From NCBI GenBank assembly GCA_021157815.1, contig JAGGVT010000096.1, positions 9,335 through 73,334 on the forward strand: a stretch of 64,000 nt of DNA, given 5' to 3'. Both the position numbers and the translations under genes were made by a program. The stretch's first letter is position 1, and each line of letters begins with the position of its first letter. The notes under the pieces are model-generated. The model did no database searches. It had not been told where the DNA came from and was given only the letters and a program-made list of their open reading frames with translations. Positions 58,017 through 64,000 of the stretch are shown in pieces. The stretch is from a bacterium. Lineage in GTDB: Bacteria; JAJVIF01; JAGGVT01.

Positions 58017-60520
58017 GTCACAAGATAACTGCCATCGGGAAGTGTGATTGTCATTTTTCCCTTGAAATCACCATTGACCGATGCGCCGTTGTTTGTAAAC
58101 TGAATCTCGACCCAGTCCATTTCATTCGAGCAATACGCAATAACCTTTCCATCGCGTTTAAGGCATGTTCCGCCGACAAGTAGAATCGAACTAACAACTC
58201 CGTCTTTTTCTCTGATTAACGCCATTTCACCATCGAAAGAGAAATCGCCGTATTTGCGAAACGCGCTTTTCTCATCAACAACGTAATAATAATCCGCCTT
58301 GAGGGATTCGAGGTAGTAATCGATTCCATCAGGCGATGTGATTTTCAAACCCTTGCATCGCCAGGCATCATCGCCCATATCGAGAGTTTCGACTTTGATA
58401 TCCGGGGCGACTGTTCCCTTGTATGGATAAATAACAACCTCGTAATCGACCGGCAAATCGCCCTCTCTTTGATAGCCGATATACGGCGCATCATCCACTT
58501 CACCATCCGGAGTAACCATCCAGCCCGTGGATTGATTAACAATGAGAGTTTCAGGATTTAACGGCACCACCAGAACATTCACATCGGGATTGTTTGTGCG
58601 AATCGCTTTCGATTTCTCATCAATTGCCAGTTCAGTCGGCTGGAAATGTGCCAGCCATTCACATTCGTGATAACCGCTGGTCTGACACATTTTTTCAGTC
58701 AGGTTGTCAGTGAGAATCCAATAGTTGGGTTTAACAAACGTAATTTTTCTACGGCTATACGCGCCAAGATATTTGTAACCATCATGGATTGCGTTTGCAT
58801 AATCGGCTGTCGATGATGTAACCCATGTATCGCAGATTCCGGATGTAATCTTGCGCTGGCTCATCCCGTTGATTGTTACAAGGTTATGCGAGATTGTTTC
58901 CTTATACCACAATTTGCACCTGTCAGTCTGATATCCGCCAGCAAGCCCGCAGTCCGTAATAAGCGGCTTGCCATAAGCGAAAATGCTGAATCCAAGGCCG
59001 TCGCGATGGCAGTGCCACGGCTCGTTTGAGCCATAATCGAAAAGCAGATAACGGGCATCCCTGCTCCAGTCGTCGCGCATTATCGCCCAGCCTGTGTCAG
59101 GCAGATTCACGGATGTATAATCCGGTTCCTTCGGTACGATTGCTTTTAATTCAGCGATAACCTCATCAGCGCCATCACCGAAAAGATCTTTTGCCCTTTC
59201 TCTTAATTTATCAGGATAATCCTTCACAAAATATTTGAACTCAGGGCATGGGAATAAAAGAGCGCCATCAATAAGATATGGAACTGCGAAATTCTCCGCT
59301 CCCATAGCACTGTCGCCGACAGGCGCCAGATTAAGAATCGGCGAATATACTTTTATTGTCCATTCCTGCGCATGTTTAAGTTTCGGCTCAAGCCAGTCGG
59401 GTTCCTCCAAACCAGCTATACGCACCAGTTTAAGAATCTTTCGAAAAAACTTTATAACAGCATTGTTATAACCTGCCGCTCTCTCGAAATAACCGCCATC
59501 GGGCATCACACCAAGATCCACGTGTTTTAGAAGGTAATTCCACGCGAAATCAATCCATTGCCGGGACTCCTTGAATTCAGGATAATTTATCCCGGCCTCA
59601 AGAAGGTTAAGCATCTGAAGAAGTTGAATATTACCGGCGCGGTATCCGGGATTGACCGACATTAAAAATTGCGCATGCTCAACAACTGATTTATACAGTA
59701 CAATCCTTTCATCAACCGGAATGTCATTGTATTCAATTCCAGTCAGAATATCATTGAAACATGAGAAAGTGTGAATTCTGTAACCCGCCAGATGGGAATC
59801 CCATGGATTGTTAATAAACGATGGTGAAAGCCAGATTTTCGGAGCGCCCTCAGGCGGTCGGACTGTCTCATACCAGAATGAAAACATATCCATCAAACCA
59901 TGGAGATATTTCATATCGCCTGTGTAACGATAAGCATAGTAAAGATGTGATAGCCAGTTCCACCACGCATCCTTTGAGCCATTGCCAAGTTTTTCCCTGT
60001 CCCACGGATGATTCGGGAAATCCGGACTATTGAGAAGCTCATCGGACCTTTCAACATAAATATTCTTTCTCGATGGATTAAGCGTGCCAGGGTCGATATG
60101 GACAATTTCAGGACGATTCTTAAAATAATCCGCAAGTTCAAATTTCGCCTTTTTGTAATCCCCCGCCTCTACTGCTGCCTTCACTGATTCAAGACCGTCA
60201 TGGCTAAGGTCAATCACCGAAAACAACTCCTCATCGGCCATGACATCCGCGACTGGATGGTAGTTGTATTTTACAAGCCATCTCTCAAGATACAGGTCAG
60301 ACAGTTTGATTTCTGAAAATGTCTTGTAGTGCAGATTGAGTTCAGCTTCCAGCTTAACTGACGGCTCATCCACAACGGTGATTGATTCATCGGATTGAGC
60401 ATACCCGGTTGTGAACATTGAAACTACACAAGCTACCAGAACAAGCATCCATGATTTCCACATATCTCCACACCTCGTATTTTGATGGCACAGTAAAATA
60501 AATAAACCCTGAAAAAACAT
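58010..60520 (-). CDS. heparinase II/III-like polysaccharide lyase family protein (secreted), paralog 3
   Basis: Signal peptide MWKSWMLVLVACVVSMFTTGYA (start probably internal, about 60463). H.H.D...F motif as SNEPWHCHRDGLGFSIFAYG. Collinear with paralogs 1 and 2. Confidence 0.75.
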   Translation of the reverse strand: MFFQGLFILLCHQNTRCGDMWKSWMLVLVACVVSMFTTGYAQSDESITVVDEPSVKLEAELNLHYKTFSEIKLSDLYLERWLVKYNYHPVADVMADEELFSVIDLSHDGLESVKAAVEAGDYKKAKFELADYFKNRPEIVHIDPGTLNPSRKNIYVERSDELLNSPDFPNHPWDREKLGNGSKDAWWNWLSHLYYAYRYTGDMKYLHGLMDMFSFWYETVRPPEGAPKIWLSPSFINNPWDSHLAGYRIHTFSCFNDILTGIEYNDIPVDERIVLYKSVVEHAQFLMSVNPGYRAGNIQLLQMLNLLEAGINYPEFKESRQWIDFAWNYLLKHVDLGVMPDGGYFERAAGYNNAVIKFFRKILKLVRIAGLEEPDWLEPKLKHAQEWTIKVYSPILNLAPVGDSAMGAENFAVPYLIDGALLFPCPEFKYFVKDYPDKLRERAKDLFGDGADEVIAELKAIVPKEPDYTSVNLPDTGWAIMRDDWSRDARYLLFDYGSNEPWHCHRDGLGFSIFAYGKPLITDCGLAGGYQTDRCKLWYKETISHNLVTINGMSQRKITSGICDTWVTSSTADYANAIHDGYKYLGAYSRRKITFVKPNYWILTDNLTEKMCQTSGYHECEWLAHFQPTELAIDEKSKAIRTNNPDVNVLVVPLNPETLIVNQSTGWMVTPDGEVDDAPYIGYQREGDLPVDYEVVIYPYKGTVAPDIKVETLDMGDDAWRCKGLKITSPDGIDYYLESLKADYYYVVDEKSAFRKYGDFSFDGEMALIREKDGVVSSILLVGGTCLKRDGKVIAYCSNEMDWVEIQFTNNGASVNGDFKGKMTITLPDGSYLVTG

Positions 60521-60819
60521 TTTACCGAAAATTCCTCTTTTTTAAAGAATAAATCGTGATTTATTTCAAAGCAAGCCAGCTGGAGTGAAAATGTCACTGT
60601 CGTTAAAATCTATTAAATTACACTTCCTATGTCGGGGTCAAATATTCCTGGCATAGAATGATATTATTATTAGTTTAAGTTGCAATATAAGAGAAGGAAA
60701 TTGGAAAAATGGCAAAGCCAACCTGAGCTAATTAAGTTACTGCCAAGCCGATACTTGCCGGATATCTGATTTCTTGTAGAAAAATTAGATTTACACTTTT
60801 TTTATGAGGAGCTCTCTAA

Positions 60820-61212
60820 ATGGAGATTAAACTAAAAGAGCAGGATGAAATTACCATCATGGAAGTGCGGGGGGATATCAAATTCTCAAATTGGCATGAG
60901 ATTGTCCATTCCGCAAACGAGGTTATCGACAGCGGAAAGGAAAAACTGATTGTCTCCTGGGAAAATGTAGGTTATATGGACTCCTCAGCAATGGGCGCTC
61001 TTATAACCGTTCACAAACTGTTTGCAAAACTCCCCAATGGAAAATCTGTGATCTTCACACCACGAAAGGAACATCACTTTGTTTTTCAGCAGGCGCATTT
61101 CCACATGTTTCTCGATATTTTCGACGATTTGGACAATGCTGTTGGGAGCTTTTCAGTTGACCAGGAATCTATAAAAATGAATGAAAATGGCGTGAAGGTC
61201 ATTGCAAAGTAG
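60820..61212 (+). CDS. STAS-domain protein (anti-sigma-factor antagonist SpoIIAA-like)
   Basis: ITIMEVRGDI ... LIVSWENVGYMDSSAMGALI pattern of STAS domains; AT-rich gene. Confidence 0.65.
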   Translation: MEIKLKEQDEITIMEVRGDIKFSNWHEIVHSANEVIDSGKEKLIVSWENVGYMDSSAMGALITVHKLFAKLPNGKSVIFTPRKEHHFVFQQAHFHMFLDIFDDLDNAVGSFSVDQESIKMNENGVKVIAK

Positions 61213-61247
61213 CATTTTTTCGATTTCATAAACACAAATAAACGACG

Positions 61248-61492
61248 GAGGGTTTACGAGCCTGTCGGGAAAGGCACCGCAAACAAGAAACCCCCACCCC
61301 AGCCCTCCCCAACCCGTTCGGCTACGCTCAGGGTCTTCGACGAGCGGGAAGGGAGAATGTTATCTTTTCCCTTCGCAAGTGTATAGACCGGGTATATCGT
61401 TTGCAAATGCAAAAACATTTCCCCCCGCTCGCGGGGGGATTAAGGGGGGGAGGAGATATAAAAACAACCTTTCCCGACAAGCTCCTACCCAC
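61248..61492. mobile_element. MITE-like element, copy B (inverted and diverged relative to 29084-29306)
   Basis: The reverse complement aligns along its length with copy A, including gtcgggaaagg ends and the ccccccgcgagcgggggg hairpin. Confidence 0.6.
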
Positions 61493-61604
61493 TCTGCTTT
61501 CTGATTACTTCTTTTGATTATGATAAAATTTCGCTGGTCTTAATGAGATGATTCAATGCTCATTTCTTTTTACGCATTTTTCCCGCTGACATAAATAACG
61601 GCAG

Positions 61605-62777
61605 GTGATTGAGATGGCGTTTAAGGCAATTGACTATTACAACATTGACGAGCTGCTCGGCGATTCAGAATTGCTCATCCGGGATACTGTTCGAAGCCTG
61701 ATGGAGGATAAATACCAGCCTGCAATCGCAAAGCATTTCAACGATGGCACATGCCCGTTGGAAATCGCAAAAGACCTTGGAGAGTTAAATGCATTTGGAG
61801 TAAACCTTGAAGGTTACGGCTGCGCGGGTTCATCAGACACGGCTTATGGTTTAATCAACCAGGAGCTTGAACGGGTGGACAGTGCGCTTCGTTCGTTCAG
61901 TTCAGTTCAAACCTCCCTTTCGATGTATCCAATCCACCGGTGGGGTTCTGGCGAACAAAAGGAAAGATACCTTCCCGGCATGGCAAAGGGTGAAATAATC
62001 GGATGCTTCGGACTCACCGAACCCGACCACGGCAGCGACCCATCCGGAATGAAAACCACCGCCCAAAAAACAGATTCAGGTTACATAATAAACGGCTCCA
62101 AGATGTGGATTACCAACGGCACTATCGCTGATATCGCCGTTGTATGGGCTAAACTGGACGGTGAAATCCGCGGTTTCCTTGTTGAAAAAGGCACTGATGG
62201 ATATACAGCTCCGGAAATAAAAAACAAGTTCTCGCTGCGGGCATCTGTTACAAGCGAATTGAGTTTTCTGGATTGCGAGATTCCCAAAGAGAATATCCTT
62301 CCTGATGCCGTAGGGCTGAAAGCGCCGCTGTCATGCCTGACACAGGCTCGATACGGAATCGCATGGGGGGTAATCGGCGCCGCTATGGCTTGTTTCGATG
62401 AAGCTTTGCAATACGCGCAGGAGAGAATTCAATTCGGGAAACCGATTGCCGCGTTTCAATTACAGCAGGAAAAATTCGCATACATGGCGACTGAAATCAC
62501 AAAGATGCAGCTTTTATGCCTCAGGCTGGGGCAACTCAAGGATGCGGGAAAAGCAACCCACACGCAGGTTTCGATGGCGAAACGTAACAATGTCGCTGAA
62601 GCGCTGAAAATCGCAGGGATGGCTCGTGGAATTCTCGGCGCGGCTGGAATTGTCGATGAATACTCCGCAATGCGCCACGCTTGCAATCTTGAATCGGTTT
62701 ACACCTACGAGGGAACTCACGATATCCATACGCTCATCCTCGGCCATGATATAACCGGCTTCAAGGCATACAGGTAA
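61605..62777 (+). CDS. acyl-CoA dehydrogenase (glutaryl-CoA dehydrogenase-like)
   Basis: GCFGLTEPDHGSDPSGMKT, SKMWITNG, YEGTHDIHTLILG; start may be MAFKAIDYY (61614). Confidence 0.9.
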   Translation: MIEMAFKAIDYYNIDELLGDSELLIRDTVRSLMEDKYQPAIAKHFNDGTCPLEIAKDLGELNAFGVNLEGYGCAGSSDTAYGLINQELERVDSALRSFSSVQTSLSMYPIHRWGSGEQKERYLPGMAKGEIIGCFGLTEPDHGSDPSGMKTTAQKTDSGYIINGSKMWITNGTIADIAVVWAKLDGEIRGFLVEKGTDGYTAPEIKNKFSLRASVTSELSFLDCEIPKENILPDAVGLKAPLSCLTQARYGIAWGVIGAAMACFDEALQYAQERIQFGKPIAAFQLQQEKFAYMATEITKMQLLCLRLGQLKDAGKATHTQVSMAKRNNVAEALKIAGMARGILGAAGIVDEYSAMRHACNLESVYTYEGTHDIHTLILGHDITGFKAYR

Positions 62778-62977
62778 TTTGACTTTCTCGATGGTTTTTG
62801 CTATATAACATATAACTTGTGGATGCAAGGGAAGATGGTTAAAGTCCATCGCGGTCCAGCCACTGTGTTGGGCACATTATTGAAGTCCAGATAATTGCCC
62901 TAAGCCAGAAAACCAATTCACAGGTTGAATGTACAGCTTCTTGGATTGGGCTTCGCATTCATTGGATATTCTCCTTT

Positions 62978-63015
62978 GATGCACCACCCCTGGAAGCGGG
63001 TGGTTTTCTTTTCCA
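62978..63015 (+). terminator. putative rho-independent terminator
   Basis: ccacccctggaagcgggtgg hairpin followed by TTTTCTTTTCC. Confidence 0.45.
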
Positions 63016-63054
63016 CCCACTTCTTACCTAATTAATATTTTGGAGGCGCACAAA

Positions 63055-63999
63055 ATGCGCTATTTATGTATTTTTATCACCATGATGATTTTCATCATGC
63101 TTTTTGCCGCCGGTTGTTCGAGAGATGCAAATCCGCTTGTCCCTTTACAAAATCAAGCGGATTCCGATTTAATGCCTGTTGTCAGATATGATAACATCAG
63201 CGCCACTGGTTTGTTCGGCGTGTACTGTTTATCAATCTCGCCTGATTTTGCATCCACTGAATTGGTTCCGATGCGCAATTCCGCTATTGGAGAATCCTAC
63301 ATCGTTTCTGGCGCGGGTTTCTTCACAGTTTCACCGTGCGTTGATTGCTTGAAAATCAAGAGCATCGCATTGGATGAAAATGGGAATGCCGTTCTTGAAT
63401 TTAAAGTGAAACATCCGTTTGAGAAAGGCGACCCTCTCAAGCCGCCAACCGCGGTGAATCGTCTCGATTTGGATGTTTTCGACCTTGCGCTTGTTATCAA
63501 GCCAATTGAAATCACGCCTGATATCTATACACAAACGGATATCAGCGCCTACACGGGCATAATGAAAAACGCGGACGGCTTCACATGCGAACTGAGCGAT
63601 GTTGTGGATGATGACGTTGTAATGCCGTACAAAATATGCTATGAGGATGAAAATAACAACCGTTTTGAAATGGGCACTGACTATCAGTTATTTGATGTCA
63701 TCCTGTCGCCCGGTTCAGGTTTGTTGTTTGATGTCTATCTAACGATGGGTTACGGCGCGAGCGCGAAAAAACCTGAAAGGCTCGTTCCGACATATTATGT
63801 GCCGGAGTTCAACAGGAAAGCAGCATGGAAAGTGGAGGTTATTCCCCCTGAGGGAGATAATCCGCCGGAGATCGGCAACACCTGGGATGATGTCGAAACA
63901 ACCGTTGAATACACGGTAACTGTTGATATTTATGATTGGAATCATGGCGCAGTAATCGCGACAGATTTCCCTGATTCCGACAATACAAATCACATTTAC
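63055..63999 (+). CDS. 3'-truncated member of the surface-lipoprotein family, closest paralog of 1179..6268
   Basis: GGAGG RBS. Lipobox FAAGCSRD. SPCVDCLKIKS, KHPFEKGD, NRLDLDVFDLALVI, EFNRKAAWKVEVIPPEGDNPPEIGNTW, YDWNHG. Runs off the window end. Confidence 0.8.
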   Translation, partial: MRYLCIFITMMIFIMLFAAGCSRDANPLVPLQNQADSDLMPVVRYDNISATGLFGVYCLSISPDFASTELVPMRNSAIGESYIVSGAGFFTVSPCVDCLKIKSIALDENGNAVLEFKVKHPFEKGDPLKPPTAVNRLDLDVFDLALVIKPIEITPDIYTQTDISAYTGIMKNADGFTCELSDVVDDDVVMPYKICYEDENNNRFEMGTDYQLFDVILSPGSGLLFDVYLTMGYGASAKKPERLVPTYYVPEFNRKAAWKVEVIPPEGDNPPEIGNTWDDVETTVEYTVTVDIYDWNHGAVIATDFPDSDNTNHIY

Positions 64000-64000
64000 G

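Noticed and set aside
1-64000. tRNA, rRNA, tmRNA or known riboswitches
   Set aside because: No cloverleaf-type sequences with GTTCGAATC-like T-arms, rRNA-like conserved stretches or recognisable riboswitch cores were seen by eye. This is not an exhaustive computational scan.

Overview
This is a 64-kb bacterial contig of about 48-50% GC with AT-rich patches, probably metagenome-derived. It is densely coding and I found no rRNA, tRNA or CRISPR. Three themes dominate.

1. A multi-copy family of large surface lipoproteins. Most members start with a signal peptide ending in a GCS-type lipobox. They share a roughly 330-aa N-terminal module with the motifs PC.DC, HPF, NR.DLH.F, IHPY, EFNRK and DWQQN. 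The family has at least 6-7 members in the window, fused to different C-terminal modules. One carries eight tandem Fn3-like repeats, a PPC domain and a HEXXH region. Three carry a PKD domain plus a BNR/Asp-box beta-propeller. One carries a C11 clostripain-like peptidase. One has a Cys-rich tail.

2. A sugar-acid/polysaccharide catabolic cluster on the minus strand (43.2-60.5 kb). It holds three heparinase II/III-like lyase paralogs, four amidohydrolase_2 proteins, an MR/MLE-type enolase-superfamily enzyme, an FAH-family hydrolase, a cyclase/formamidase, a xylose-isomerase-like TIM-barrel protein, a ThuA-like protein and a DegT aminotransferase.

3. An unusual load of small repeat elements.
- An IS200-like REP-associated tyrosine transposase (RAYT) sits next to a 12-unit 25-bp REP-like array; a dispersed REP pair elsewhere shows compensatory stem changes.
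- Two MITE-like families are present: GTGTCGGGAAAGG-type TIRs (2 inverted copies) and AAAAGGGGACAGTCC-type TIRs (3 copies, one flanked by an 18-bp direct duplication that includes a gene start codon).
- There are several single long inverted-repeat elements.
- Three arrays of an 8-bp tandem repeat (CTAACYTR)n start at or within a few nucleotides of the stop codons of three minus-strand genes. Each is joined by a TTTTCCAAC junction to a hairpin.

Other genes: a PknK-like Ser/Thr kinase-STAND-TPR protein, an orphan SF1 UvrD-like helicase in an AT-rich patch, an HDAC-like deacetylase, an ADP-ribosylglycohydrolase, WecA/MraY-family transferase, a BtuF-like binding protein, an XRE regulator, a STAS protein and an acyl-CoA dehydrogenase. 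Functional calls rest on motif recognition only; no searches were run.
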